The notes: generated by a model from the sequence alone, not told the origin. DNA of 64,000 bases from Clostridia bacterium (GCA_050950825.1 JBMNIH010000007.1:192001-256000), one strand, 5' to 3'. Shown: positions 1 to 12,872, counted from the first letter of the stretch. A program made the numbers and translations.

Positions 1-885
1 GCAACGAAGGGACTCATTTCGCAAACGCAGTCTTTGTTTAATAATAATAAGTACTTGGTTCGATATTTTTCGTTTTTGGATATTCCGTCAAAAATGAGCC
101 AAGGCGAGCGGCATCTTTACTTTTTACCGAATAAAGACCACATATTGGAGTTCCGCAATGTCTCGTTCAAATATTCGGGTTCGAATGCATACGCCGTAAA
201 AAATCTGAATTTAAAAATAAACTTCGGTGAAAAAACCGCGATTGTGGGATTAAACGGAAGCGGGAAAACCACTTTTGTGAAACTGCTTTGTCGATTGTAT
301 GATCCTACCGAAGGTGAAATCTTGCTGGACGGGGTCAATATCAAGAACTACAGATATGAGGAGTATAAGGCACTTTTCTCGATCATCTTTCAGGATTTTA
401 AGCTTTTCGCCTATCCGTTGGCTCAAAACATCGCGTGCAGTATGAGCTATTCGGCAGAGCGTGTCCATGAATGCTTGGATAAAGCGGGATTCGGCAACAG
501 GCTTGCCGCAATGAATAACGGCATCGAAACCTGTTTGTATAAAGACTTCGACCGGGACGGCGTTGAAATTTCGGGAGGGGAAGCACAAAAAATAGCATTC
601 GCAAGATCTTTATACAAGGACGCTCCCATATTGATTTTTGACGAGCCTACCGCCGCCCTCGACCCCATTGCGGAATACGAATTCTATTTGCATCTGAATG
701 ATACGGTCGGCGATAAAATGGCCATTTACATATCTCACCGTATGGCTTCATGCAGATTTTGCGATCATATCATTGTATTTAACGACGGTGAAATCGTCCA
801 AAAAGGCAACCACGAATCCCTTTTGAGAGACGAAAGCGGTAAATATTTTGAGCTTTGGAACGCGCAGGCGCAATATTATGTTTAA
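1..885 (+). CDS. ABC transporter ATP-binding/permease protein, C-terminal part (5' end outside window)
   Basis: Frame is open from base 1; Walker A GLNGSGKTT, signature ISGGEAQK, Walker B ILIFDEPT, H-loop ISHR. Confidence 0.9.
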   Translation, partial: ATKGLISQTQSLFNNNKYLVRYFSFLDIPSKMSQGERHLYFLPNKDHILEFRNVSFKYSGSNAYAVKNLNLKINFGEKTAIVGLNGSGKTTFVKLLCRLYDPTEGEILLDGVNIKNYRYEEYKALFSIIFQDFKLFAYPLAQNIACSMSYSAERVHECLDKAGFGNRLAAMNNGIETCLYKDFDRDGVEISGGEAQKIAFARSLYKDAPILIFDEPTAALDPIAEYEFYLHLNDTVGDKMAIYISHRMASCRFCDHIIVFNDGEIVQKGNHESLLRDESGKYFELWNAQAQYYV

Positions 886-923
886 TATAAAAAACATACG
901 GAACAAATGATGTCTTTAAAAGA

Positions 924-952
924 ACGGCCAAGAGTACCGTACTCTTGGCCGT
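924..952. terminator. 14-bp perfect inverted repeat between convergent genes, probable bidirectional terminator
   Basis: ACGGCCAAGAGTAC-C-GTACTCTTGGCCGT; no strong U tract. Confidence 0.55.
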
Positions 953-980
953 AGTCGTAAAATGCTCTTTGCAGCAAGAT

Positions 981-2201
981 TTAAGCTTTTTTTGCTTTCG
1001 TTTTAACAAGCAGAACCAGAACAACGCTGACAAGGGCACAGCCTGCGGCAATGATAAAGGCAGGGGTCATTAAAGAGATGTCCTGAGCCGCTACGTTTTT
1101 ATAATGTCCGGCAATATAGGATGAAACGACGGCACCGAGTCCGAATCCGGTCAATACCATTCCGTAATTGGTAGCCATGTGGGTAGGTCCGAAAAGCACG
1201 GCTGTCAGGGTAGGGTAATTGCTCAAAAAACCGCCGTAGAAGAATCCGATCAATCCGATCAGGACGTATATAAAATAGCCGTTGGCATTGTTGACTAATA
1301 TGGAGAGAACTCCGGAGCCGATGAGAAGAACCAAAATGGTTTTCTTCGGACCCAGTTTGTCGGCGACAACACCCCAAGTCAAGCGGCCGAAGGAATTGCA
1401 CATGGATATGACCAAAACACCGATGGTCGCCGTTTCGCCCAAGCCTTTGGCAACGGCAATGGGTTTGGCAAATCCGATCATCATCAACCCTCCCATACAA
1501 GCCAATGCCATGGAGATCGTGATCAAATAGAAACGGGCATCTTTCAATACTTGACCGGGAGACATGTTGTTGGGGTCATTAGCAAGAGCCGATTCTTTTT
1601 TGCTTTGCTCGCTATTTTCCGGCGGGTTTTTAAGAACAAGTCCCCCCAATGTGCAAACAACGAAAAAGATACCGCTTAGTACCGCAAATGTTTTCAGTTC
1701 GCCTACACCTTGGCCGCCGAAGTTTTTAATCAAGCGTTCAACGATGGGCGTGAAAACAACACCGCCAAAACCTAAGGCGGAAACAATCAAGCCTGTGACC
1801 AAACCTTTCTTTTCAGGATACCATTTTTGAGCGCATGCGATGGTGGTGGAATATGTAAAGCCCATGCCGACACCACCCATAAGCCCGTAGCCTAACCATA
1901 AAATCCAGTAGGCGGACGGTGTGGTAAAGGATGCGAGCAAAAAGCCTGCACTTAAAATAATACCGCCTATAATCACGATGACACGGACGGAAAATTTCGC
2001 CGCAAGCTTTCCTCCTATAACGCTTCCTACGGTAAGCGTGGCTAACAACAGTGAAAAGGCAAGACCGGCAGCGGCATTGTCGCCGTTAAATATGCTGATT
2101 GCAATACCGGTCTGAAAGACACTCCAAATGTACGCCACACCGAGGCAAAGCTGGATGGCTATGGATGCTACGATGGGTATGATTCGTTGATACGTCTTCA
2201 T
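981..2201 (-). CDS. MFS transporter, oxalate:formate antiporter (OFA) family
   Basis: 406 aa, about 12 hydrophobic segments, GVAYIWSVF and KWYPEKKGLVTG motifs typical of OFA members; GGAGG RBS. Confidence 0.85.
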   Translation of the reverse strand: MKTYQRIIPIVASIAIQLCLGVAYIWSVFQTGIAISIFNGDNAAAGLAFSLLLATLTVGSVIGGKLAAKFSVRVIVIIGGIILSAGFLLASFTTPSAYWILWLGYGLMGGVGMGFTYSTTIACAQKWYPEKKGLVTGLIVSALGFGGVVFTPIVERLIKNFGGQGVGELKTFAVLSGIFFVVCTLGGLVLKNPPENSEQSKKESALANDPNNMSPGQVLKDARFYLITISMALACMGGLMMIGFAKPIAVAKGLGETATIGVLVISMCNSFGRLTWGVVADKLGPKKTILVLLIGSGVLSILVNNANGYFIYVLIGLIGFFYGGFLSNYPTLTAVLFGPTHMATNYGMVLTGFGLGAVVSSYIAGHYKNVAAQDISLMTPAFIIAAGCALVSVVLVLLVKTKAKKA

Positions 2202-2448
2202 ATGATCCTCCTAATAAATATGTAAAAGGGCTGTTTAAGCATATTAGATGCTATAGTAAAGGAGACTTGGCCTTTCGTCAATAGTAAAATGTTTTATTTT
2301 ACGAACAATTTTTGCATAAATATGCTTTTTTCTATGTATATTGTTTAGCCGGAGCTTTCATACGTCTTTCTTTATTGTTTCCATCATGCATAGTTCCGAC
2401 GGATACTGCAAAAAATATGCATGATTACATTGATGAGGAGATGACATT

Positions 2449-2901
2449 ATGCATTTTTGTTTACCGGCTACCGGCATACGAATTTGGCTTAACACCGATC
2501 CGCACGTGAATAATTCCATATTGGAAGGAGTAATCAATAATATTCGTTATTACATGAACAGAAGCAAAGACGAAATTATCGAAAGGCAATTGGAATTGGA
2601 CGAAGAATGGGATATTGAACGGGTCGTTGAAACCGGTGCGGGAGCATTGACGGTTCTCGGAGCCCTTATGACTTGGATTACCGAAAACAAAGGGTGGGCG
2701 ATTTTGATGGGAATAAGCGGTGCTCTTTTGCTGCAGCATGCACTCCATGGCCGGACTCCCGTATTGTCTTGTATTCGTAAAAACGGTATTCGAACACAAA
2801 CGGAGATCATGGCGGAAAAAACGCTTTTGGAAGTACTGAAGGAAGATCCCCAATTATTAACCGAGGAAAGAATCCGCGAAATCGTAAGAAGCGTAATATA
2901 A
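2449..2901 (+). CDS. Small membrane protein, DUF2892/YgaP-like
   Basis: ELDEEWDIERVVE followed by two short TM segments and LLQHALHG..P.....RK.GIRT; GAGGAG RBS. Confidence 0.6.
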   Translation: MHFCLPATGIRIWLNTDPHVNNSILEGVINNIRYYMNRSKDEIIERQLELDEEWDIERVVETGAGALTVLGALMTWITENKGWAILMGISGALLLQHALHGRTPVLSCIRKNGIRTQTEIMAEKTLLEVLKEDPQLLTEERIREIVRSVI

Positions 2902-2917
2902 ATATATGGATTTTGAT

Positions 2918-2943
2918 AAGGGCCAAAAAAAGGCCCTTTTTTT
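2918..2943 (+). terminator. Rho-independent terminator
   Basis: AAGGGCC-A7-GGCCCTT followed by a T run. Confidence 0.75.
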
Positions 2944-2981
2944 GTACAAGGCTTCTTTAACAAAATTGTAAAACAAGCGAC

Positions 2982-3010
2982 TTGTCCAAGATTGCCGTAT
3001 AAGGTATAAT
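2982..3010 (+). promoter_or_regulatory. Sigma-A-type promoter upstream of spoIID-like gene
   Basis: TTGTCC-17 bp-TATAAT. Confidence 0.55.
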
Positions 3011-3218
3011 AAACCCATGTGGGTAAATTAGGTAACGGATATTAAAAGGCGGCATGCAAACGACGGATCCTAAAACCGATGGGGGGAAATTCGGGAAGTC
3101 GATAGGGTCATGCGTTTCCCACATTTTTTGAATCGGAGCAAATATTCTATTCTTTTGTTTCATTGGAACTGAATAGGTTTGTGTCCGAAGTTTTTTATTT
3201 ATCTTAATGGAGGGAAAT

Positions 3219-4838
3219 ATGAAAAGGGTAAAAAAGGGGATTTTGTACATATCTATTATCATGCTTATGTTTTCCATGATCATTACGGAGCCTGTTCCGG
3301 TTCATGCCTATATAAACGTGCCGAGTACGGTCCGAGTAGGCATCTATTATGTGAACTCCTACCAAAACACAACCGTAACAAGCTTTACCGCATCGGCGTC
3401 AGGGGGAATTAATGTAGGCGTGAATATCAGCGGCAGTTATTATCCTCTGTACGAGCATTACGGCTCCGATAACTTAAGCGTATTCTTGGATTCACCCGGA
3501 AGCAAATACTTTGTGCGCATCGGAGGAGTCTATTCCGATCGTAATTCGGCGGTTTCCGTTTTAAATATATGCAAAGCCAACGGTCTGCCTGCGTACCTGG
3601 TGTTCGACAACAACTGGCAGGTTTGGGCCGGTTGCTTTAACGACGCGGCTTCCGCAAGCAATGCCGCAACCGGCACATATGCTTCGAAAACGGGAGGCCA
3701 GCCCGTAACCGTTGTTACGTCACCGGTGAGAGACTTAAGAGTTACCCGATCCGACGGAACCGTGGTAGCGGTGTTGGTGAATTGCTCCGGCAACTTCCGA
3801 ATCAATCCTAACAATTCCTACGACGTCGTTCGAATCAACGGAAAAGGCTATCGCGGCTACATCGACTGCTTCCGCTATTCCGACTCCCATATTACCGTGG
3901 TAAACGTTGTGGATTTCGAGGAGTATTTATACGGGGTGGTTCCTAATGAAATCGAAGGGGCTTCTCATCCGGAGGCTTTAAAGGCTCAAGCGGTGGCCGC
4001 AAGAACCTATTCGATCACCCAATTGGGCAAGCATATGAAATACGGATTCGACTTGTGCAACTCCGAATGCTGCCAAGTGTATAAAGGGTACGACAGCGAA
4101 TATCCGACCACCAATGTTGCCGTTGATCAAACAAGAGGGGAGGTTGTTACCTTCCTAGGCGAGCCGGCCACCATCTACTATTTCGCATCAAGCGGCGGTA
4201 TGACGGAAAATTCGGAAAATGTCTGGTATTCGCAGGTTCCATACTTAAGAGCCGTGGAAGATCCTTACGAATCTCCTTCCTATGCGTACTCGAATTGGAG
4301 CTATGAATACACTCCGCAGCAGATTAAGCAAATGCTAATCGATAAAGGCTACAATATCGGTGATATTCTTAATATCGAAATATCCCAAGTGACCGAATCC
4401 GGCCGCGCATTGGAATTAATCGTCACGGGAACCCAAGGAAAGGCGATTTTCACCAAGGAAAAGACCAGACTAATGACGTCGCCTTCGCTGCCGAGCCAAA
4501 AGTTTTACATAGCCAACGACGCGGTATTGACGGTACAAAACGGGGAACACCAGATTTTATCCATTGATCCCGGGTCCGTCCGTATACAAACCTCTTTAAC
4601 AAGCTATACTACAATTGATGCAAGAACGGCGGGCTTGACCGTTGCGGGAGCAAATTTGACTTTGGAATACGTGCATTTTAACGGCAGTCCTTCTACGTAT
4701 ATCTTTATCGGAAAAGGAAAGGGACACGGTATCGGTATGAGCCAAGTAGGGGCAAAAGGATTGGCGGAAAACGGATATACCTACAGACAAATCCTTACCC
4801 ACTACTTCCAAGGTACCGAGATTCAAGCCTTGTCATAA
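3219..4838 (+). CDS. SpoIID/LytB domain protein (exported peptidoglycan lytic transglycosylase)
   Basis: Signal peptide, EEYLYGVVPNE, EALKAQAVAARTY, C-terminal GHGIGMSQ.GA motif; start moved to MKRVKK after GGAGGG. Confidence 0.9.
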   Translation: MKRVKKGILYISIIMLMFSMIITEPVPVHAYINVPSTVRVGIYYVNSYQNTTVTSFTASASGGINVGVNISGSYYPLYEHYGSDNLSVFLDSPGSKYFVRIGGVYSDRNSAVSVLNICKANGLPAYLVFDNNWQVWAGCFNDAASASNAATGTYASKTGGQPVTVVTSPVRDLRVTRSDGTVVAVLVNCSGNFRINPNNSYDVVRINGKGYRGYIDCFRYSDSHITVVNVVDFEEYLYGVVPNEIEGASHPEALKAQAVAARTYSITQLGKHMKYGFDLCNSECCQVYKGYDSEYPTTNVAVDQTRGEVVTFLGEPATIYYFASSGGMTENSENVWYSQVPYLRAVEDPYESPSYAYSNWSYEYTPQQIKQMLIDKGYNIGDILNIEISQVTESGRALELIVTGTQGKAIFTKEKTRLMTSPSLPSQKFYIANDAVLTVQNGEHQILSIDPGSVRIQTSLTSYTTIDARTAGLTVAGANLTLEYVHFNGSPSTYIFIGKGKGHGIGMSQVGAKGLAENGYTYRQILTHYFQGTEIQALS

Positions 4839-4862
4839 AGGCGGTAGGTAAAAAACAATATC

Positions 4863-7132
<2,270 letters not shown>

Positions 7133-7162
7133 TAAATAGTTAAAATTGGAGGTACAAAATTT

Positions 7163-7507
7163 ATGAATTGGTTTTTAACCAGGGTGTATGCGGAAACGGC
7201 AGGCACGGCACCTGTTGAAGAAGTAAGTATGGGAAGTTATTTATTATCGATGCTGCTGCCGGTAGCCATCATTATCGGCCTTATGTATCTTATGGTATTT
7301 CGTCCCCAGAAGAAAAAAGAAAATGCTTTGAGGGATATGATTAACAACCTGAAGGTGGGAGATGAAATAACCACCATCGGCGGTATTGTAGGCAAAGTCG
7401 TAGCGATCAAAGACGAAGAAGTAACCATTGAATCGTCCATTGAAAGAACCAAAATCCAAATGAACAAATACGCCATCAAAGACGTAAAGCAATACGAAAA
7501 AGCTTAA
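7163..7507 (+). CDS. yajC: Preprotein translocase subunit YajC
   Basis: TM segment, RPQKKK, GDEITTIGGIVG; canonical queA-tgt-yajC order. Confidence 0.95.
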   Translation: MNWFLTRVYAETAGTAPVEEVSMGSYLLSMLLPVAIIIGLMYLMVFRPQKKKENALRDMINNLKVGDEITTIGGIVGKVVAIKDEEVTIESSIERTKIQMNKYAIKDVKQYEKA

Positions 7508-7542
7508 AAACCTACAATAAAAAGAAAAACATTGGAAAAGAG

Positions 7543-7567
7543 AAAACCGGCTTACGCCGGTTTTTTG
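7543..7567. terminator. Terminator after yajC overlapping the stop codon of the convergent gene
   Basis: AAAACCGGC-TTAC-GCCGG-T7. Confidence 0.7.
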
Positions 7568-7989
7568 GCATTTGTTTTTCCTATGAAGGTACGGTTTCTT
7601 TTTGCCCTTTTATGGTCCATTCGGTTAATGCATAAAATTCCGCCTATGGTTCCCGCCGCAGCGCCGATGACCAAAAGAAACAGGGTATTGTAGCCCACGG
7701 AAAAATCCTTATTCATTACGGAGCTTATGATATAGAGGATGATGATATAGAGCAGGCCGCACCAACAGCCGACGGAGGCTTTTTTCTGTCGGCTGAACAA
7801 AACGGCGGCATAGCCCGCTATGGGAACACTGATAATCAATCCGACCAATGTTGCAGGATACGTGTATTTGTTCGGAGACTCGAAGGTGGACATCAGGATG
7901 GAAAAGCCGGCATACAAAATGACAATGGCCGTGATTCCGGCTAAAAGCCCTTTCAATATCGCTACCAGACCGCTTGTAAATTTATTCAT
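7552..7989 (-). CDS. Four-TM membrane protein, TIGR04086/YrzE-like
   Basis: Four hydrophobic segments ending GTIGGILCIN; position convergent to yajC is typical of this family. Confidence 0.7.
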   Translation of the reverse strand: MNKFTSGLVAILKGLLAGITAIVILYAGFSILMSTFESPNKYTYPATLVGLIISVPIAGYAAVLFSRQKKASVGCWCGLLYIIILYIISSVMNKDFSVGYNTLFLLVIGAAAGTIGGILCINRMDHKRAKRNRTFIGKTNAKKPA

Positions 7990-8019
7990 ACAATCCCTCT
8001 TGTTCTTTCATTGTTATTA

Positions 8020-8049
8020 ATACTTATGGCATGGCAAAAGGATTTATGA
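8020..8049 (-). promoter_or_regulatory. Putative sigma-E (mother-cell) promoter
   Basis: Minus strand reads TCATAAA-14 bp-CATAAGTAT, resembling the sigE consensus ATA-16-CATAxxxT. Confidence 0.4.
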
Positions 8050-8131
8050 CTTGTCTTTTTGAGGAAATCGTTTTGTACGGCGGGAAATTTGAGTATAATA
8101 ATGGTAACGAATGAGAATGAGAGGGATCCGT

Positions 8132-9613
8132 ATGAATAAATATATTCTATCGCTGGACCAAGGAACCACCGCTTGCCGGTCGGTGATTTTTGACTTAAAC
8201 GGCCGATTCGTTGCCATCTCCAAAAAGGAATTCAGGCAGATCTATCCGAAACCCGGGTGGGTGGAACACGACCCGATGGAGATATTGGAAACCCAACTGG
8301 AAACCGTAAGAGAAGCGGTAAAATCGGCAGGTATCGAATTTGATCAAATAATGTCCATCGGAATCACCAACCAAAGGGAAACGACGATCGTATGGGACAA
8401 GGATACGGGAAAACCCGTATACAACGCCATTGTATGGCAGTGCAGGCGAACCGCCGACATCTGCCGGCAAATGCTGGCATCCGGTATGGAAGAATATATC
8501 CGAAACAATACCGGGTTGGTGATCGATGCCTATTTCAGCGCCACCAAGCTTAAATGGATCTTGGATAACGTACCGGGAGCAAGAGAAAAAGCTCTTTCGG
8601 GAAAGCTTTTATTCGGTACGGTGGATACTTGGCTTTTATGGAACTTATCTTCCGGTAAATGCCACATGACCGATTATTCCAACGCTTCGAGAACCATGAT
8701 GTACAACATCAAGAAGCTGCAATGGGACAAGGACATATTAAAAGAATTGGACATTCCGGAAAGCATGCTGCCCTCCGTTCACCCCTCTTCTTACGCTTAC
8801 GGCAGTACGAAAAAAGAGCTATTCGGCGTATCCATACCCGTAGGAGGCATAGCGGGAGACCAGCAGGCCGCTTTGTTCGGACAAACCTGTTTTTGCGAGG
8901 GAGAGATCAAAAACACTTACGGTACCGGCTGCTTTATTCTCATGAATACCGGTAAAAAACCGGTGGTCTCTCAAAACGGTTTAATTACGACTCTTTGCGC
9001 TACCGACGGAGAAATCCAATACGCATTGGAAGGAAGCATCTTTACCGCGGGATCGGTAATCAAATGGCTTCGAGACCGGTTAGGCATTATATCAACCGCC
9101 GAGGAAAGTGAAAAAATGGCGAAGGAAGTAAAGGATACTAACGGCGTCGTGTTTGTACCGGCTTTCGTGGGCTTGGGTACCCCGTATTGGGATATGGGAG
9201 CAAGAGGAACCATCGTAGGCATTACGGAGGGCGTTAACAAAAACCATATCGTAAGAGCCGCATTGGAGTCCATTGCATGGCAGTCCGTGGATGTGATCCG
9301 ATTGATGGAGAAGGAGGCAGGCGTTCAAATCCCCAAATTGAGAGTGGACGGCGGGGCCAGCGCCAATGATTTTCTTATGCAGTTCCAAGCGGACACGGCT
9401 TCCGTAACCGTGGAACGACCCCTTATACGGGAAACCACCGCTTTAGGAGCGGCATACCTGGCAGGATTAAGTGCGGGAGCATACGATAAAGACAAGATTT
9501 GCACCGCTTGGGAAGCGGATGCCGTATTTACGCCGAAAAGATCCCGTTTGGAGGTCGAACGGGAATATGTACAATGGAAAAAAGCCGTATCAAGGGCAAC
9601 GGGGTGGTGTTAA
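8132..9613 (+). CDS. glpK: Glycerol kinase
   Basis: LDQGTT, GITNQRET, VWQCRRT, GDQQAALFG, KNTYGTG, GLGTPYWD; start at MNKY. Confidence 0.95.
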   Translation: MNKYILSLDQGTTACRSVIFDLNGRFVAISKKEFRQIYPKPGWVEHDPMEILETQLETVREAVKSAGIEFDQIMSIGITNQRETTIVWDKDTGKPVYNAIVWQCRRTADICRQMLASGMEEYIRNNTGLVIDAYFSATKLKWILDNVPGAREKALSGKLLFGTVDTWLLWNLSSGKCHMTDYSNASRTMMYNIKKLQWDKDILKELDIPESMLPSVHPSSYAYGSTKKELFGVSIPVGGIAGDQQAALFGQTCFCEGEIKNTYGTGCFILMNTGKKPVVSQNGLITTLCATDGEIQYALEGSIFTAGSVIKWLRDRLGIISTAEESEKMAKEVKDTNGVVFVPAFVGLGTPYWDMGARGTIVGITEGVNKNHIVRAALESIAWQSVDVIRLMEKEAGVQIPKLRVDGGASANDFLMQFQADTASVTVERPLIRETTALGAAYLAGLSAGAYDKDKICTAWEADAVFTPKRSRLEVEREYVQWKKAVSRATGWC

Positions 9614-9616
9614 AGC

Positions 9617-10312
9617 TTGAAAAAAATAATAAAGACCTTCTTGGTCCTTCTCATGACGGTATCCGGTATTGTTGCGATTCTTCTTTTGACGCTCCGGCTT
9701 TACGCTTACAACGTATCTTGGTATACGAGCCGTATGGACAAGCTGGGTGTCAGCTTGGAGACGGGTATGAGCATAGAAGACATTGAGAGGATTAATGTAA
9801 AGCTTACGGACTATTTAAAAGGAAAAACCGACGATATTCGCATAACGGCAAAGGTATACGGGGTCGAAAGAGAAGTATTCAATGAAAAAGAAAAGGCGCA
9901 TATGGTTGACGTACGTAAGCTTTTTGACCTGGTACGCATCCTGACTCCCTTATCCATCGTTCTTTTTGTATTATCCGCCTTTGCTTTGGCAAAGGGATAC
10001 GGCAAAAAGCTGTTTTACAAAGGGTTTCTTTTCATCGGCATTGTACCTTTTGCATTAATGGTTGTTCCGGTTATAGCCGCCTTCATTGACTTTCACGGCG
10101 TGTTTACGATTTTCCATGAGATTTTCTTTACCAACGAGTTGTGGATATTGGACCCGAGAACCGATATTTTAATTCAAATGATGCCCCAACCCTTTTTTGA
10201 AAGCACCGCACTTGCTTGGGGGATATCGGCGGGATTTTTCTTCATCCTCTTTGCCGTTGTCGGGATTACGGGGCTTTTGAAGTTAAAAGGGAAAAAGAAA
10301 AACATCCGATAA
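9617..10312 (+). CDS. Integral membrane protein, TIGR01906/DUF1461 family
   Basis: E..HMVDVRKLF and F..FH.IFF.N..W..DP..D.LI...P..FF motifs. Confidence 0.85.
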   Translation: MKKIIKTFLVLLMTVSGIVAILLLTLRLYAYNVSWYTSRMDKLGVSLETGMSIEDIERINVKLTDYLKGKTDDIRITAKVYGVEREVFNEKEKAHMVDVRKLFDLVRILTPLSIVLFVLSAFALAKGYGKKLFYKGFLFIGIVPFALMVVPVIAAFIDFHGVFTIFHEIFFTNELWILDPRTDILIQMMPQPFFESTALAWGISAGFFFILFAVVGITGLLKLKGKKKNIR

Positions 10313-10423
10313 CGGGAGGTCCGGAAGGAGAAAGCAAAGTTCATGTACAAACCCTTTCCTCTCTGTGCTATAATGAGAGATGATGGTCTTCTTGATATCA
10401 ATGGGTGATAGGAGTGAAACCGT

Positions 10424-11371
10424 ATGTATTATTTGGGTATTGATGTAGGAGGTATGTCCGTCAAGGTCGGTATCGTCGACGAGAAGGGCAACATTTTATT
10501 GAAAGACAAGTTCGAGACCGGAAGAGATCGAAGCTATGAAGAAATCATTCGGGATATTGGCGAGTTTTCCGTAAAGATGATTGAAAAGTCCGGAGTCGGC
10601 ATGGAAAACATTAAAAGCGTCGGTATCGGTATTCCCGGAACGCCGGACTGTAAAAACGGCCTGTTGGTTTATGCCAACAACTTAAGTTTTCGTAATGCCC
10701 CCTTCCGCGCAGACTTGAAGAAATACTTCGACTGCCCCATATACATTGACAACGACGCCAACGTAGCGGCGTTAGCGGAAGCCGTTGCGGGGGTTTGTAA
10801 GGGTGTTTCCGTTTCCATGACCATAACCTTAGGAACCGGTATCGGAAGCGGTTTGGTTATCGACGGTAAGATCTTTGGCGGCTTTAACTACGCGGCCCCT
10901 GAGATCGGCCACATGGTCATCGTTCAGGACGGATACCCTTGTACCTGCGGTCGATACGGCTGTTGGGAAGCGTACGCTTCGGCGACCGGCTTGATTCGTA
11001 TGACGAGAGAATACGCACAAAGATTCCCGGATTCCGAAATCCACCGCATTTGCGGCGGAGATTTATCAAAGGTAGACGCTCGTACGGCTTTCAAGGCGAA
11101 AAGAGCGGGAGATTTTGCGGCCAAGCTGGTTATTCAAGACTTTACAAAGTATTTGGCTACCGGAATCGTAAACTTAATCAACCTTTTCCAACCGGAAGTG
11201 TTGGCCGTAGGAGGCGGTCTTTCTCATGAGGGAGACTATTTAATGGACGATGTGAAGAAGATTGTGTACAGTGAAATTTACAGCAAGGACCCTGTACCTC
11301 AATGCCGAATTGAGTACGCGAAGATGGGAAATGACGCCGGTATTGTCGGTGCGGCATTCCTCGGACTCTAA
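10424..11371 (+). CDS. ROK-family sugar kinase (glucokinase-like)
   Basis: GIDVGG, NDANVAALAE, TLGTGIG, CxCGxxGCWE zinc motif. Confidence 0.9.
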   Translation: MYYLGIDVGGMSVKVGIVDEKGNILLKDKFETGRDRSYEEIIRDIGEFSVKMIEKSGVGMENIKSVGIGIPGTPDCKNGLLVYANNLSFRNAPFRADLKKYFDCPIYIDNDANVAALAEAVAGVCKGVSVSMTITLGTGIGSGLVIDGKIFGGFNYAAPEIGHMVIVQDGYPCTCGRYGCWEAYASATGLIRMTREYAQRFPDSEIHRICGGDLSKVDARTAFKAKRAGDFAAKLVIQDFTKYLATGIVNLINLFQPEVLAVGGGLSHEGDYLMDDVKKIVYSEIYSKDPVPQCRIEYAKMGNDAGIVGAAFLGL

Positions 11372-11426
11372 AAACGTGGTAAAATAAATATCAATAAAAT
11401 ATAAGCATAACAAACGGAGGTAATTT

Positions 11427-12824
11427 ATGTCCATAAAGTTACTGGGAAATCCAAAGGTTTTACCGCCGCTGGACCCGAATTTCAAACCTGTGATTTTAGA
11501 AAAAATCGCCTATGAAAAGCTGGTGAAAGAAAGCGGAAAAGAAGCCGTTTTAAAGATCGCCGTTGAAAGAAGCGGCGGAATGATTTCGGTAAAGGAAATC
11601 ACCGTATTTGCAGATGACGCCCAATATGCCGATTTCTCCTGTTTCTATGCCGAACGCTACGTAAAAACACTCCTGTGGGTTATGGGAGGTTTTAAAGTAT
11701 ATTTGTCCGGCCCGAGATATATATGCGATTATGTGAAGAAAGCCTTTGTTTTAGGCGGGTTGAGAGATTTTGACGTTAAAACCATGAGCCGCATCTACGA
11801 AAAACCTTTTGAGGTTGTTGTAGTGGAAGACAAAGATTTTCCGGAAGCAAAGGAACAATCCATCCCGGTAGGAAGACACTTGAACGGATGCCGTATCGGG
11901 TTTGATGCCGGCGGAAGCGATCGTAAGGTATCCGCCGTAATCGATGGGGAAGCGGTTTACAGCGAAGAAGTCATTTGGTACCCGAAAATACAGTCGGATC
12001 CGGATTACCATTTCAATGAAATCGTCAGCGCTTTTAAAGCCGCCGCCGCTCATATGCCCCGCGTAGACGGTATCGGAGTCAGTGCAGCCGGCGTGTATGT
12101 AAACAACAGAGCCATGATCGCATCCTTGTTTATTAAAGTGCCGGATGATTTGTTCGAAAAGAAGGTAAAGGATATCTTCTTAAGAGCTGCGAAGGAAATC
12201 GGAGATGTGCCCATTGAAGTGGCCAACGACGGCGACGTTACCGCCTTAGCCGGAGCCATGAGCTTGGAGGACGACTGTGTTCTGGGTATTGCCATGGGTA
12301 CCAGCGAAGCCGGCGGATATGTAAACGAACAAGGCTCGTTAACCGGCTGGCTGAACGAATTGGCCTTCGTTCCCGTGGACTTTTGCCAAGACGCTGCCGT
12401 TGACGAATGGTCCGGCGATTTCGGTTGCGGAGTGAAATATTTCTCCCAAGACGGAGTCATTAAATTGGCTCCCGCAGCGAATATTAAGCTGGACGGAAGC
12501 TTAAGCCCGGCGGAAAAGCTGAAGATTGTTCAAGAAGAGCTGGCAAAAGGAAACAAGGAAGCCGAAAAAATCTTCGAAAGCATCGGCGTATATTTAGGAT
12601 ATGCCGTGGCATATTACGCGGAATTCTACAAAATAAAGCACGTTCTGGTGTTAGGAAGAGTCACCTCCGGAAAAGGCGGAGATTTGATTATCTCCAATGC
12701 AAAGAAAGTGTTGGAATTGGAATTCCCCGAGCTAGCAAGCAAAATGGAACTGCAATTGCCGGATGAAAAATCCAGAAGAGTAGGACAATCCATTGCGGCC
12801 GCAAGCTTGCCGAACATTGAATAA
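11427..12824 (+). CDS. Atypical ROK-family kinase with ~150-aa N-terminal extension
   Basis: IGFDAGGSDRK, NDGDVTALAG, GIAMGTSEAGG; no CxCG zinc motif. Confidence 0.75.
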   Translation: MSIKLLGNPKVLPPLDPNFKPVILEKIAYEKLVKESGKEAVLKIAVERSGGMISVKEITVFADDAQYADFSCFYAERYVKTLLWVMGGFKVYLSGPRYICDYVKKAFVLGGLRDFDVKTMSRIYEKPFEVVVVEDKDFPEAKEQSIPVGRHLNGCRIGFDAGGSDRKVSAVIDGEAVYSEEVIWYPKIQSDPDYHFNEIVSAFKAAAAHMPRVDGIGVSAAGVYVNNRAMIASLFIKVPDDLFEKKVKDIFLRAAKEIGDVPIEVANDGDVTALAGAMSLEDDCVLGIAMGTSEAGGYVNEQGSLTGWLNELAFVPVDFCQDAAVDEWSGDFGCGVKYFSQDGVIKLAPAANIKLDGSLSPAEKLKIVQEELAKGNKEAEKIFESIGVYLGYAVAYYAEFYKIKHVLVLGRVTSGKGGDLIISNAKKVLELEFPELASKMELQLPDEKSRRVGQSIAAASLPNIE

Positions 12825-12872
12825 ATATGGGAAACCATATTCGAATTTTCGATAAAGGAAGTGTGAAACAAG

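Noticed and set aside
10317-10337. AGGTCCGGAAGGA resembles SRP RNA domain IV
   Set aside because: The flanking CAGG/AGCAG pairing and the long stem are missing, and the RNA would overlap the upstream CDS.
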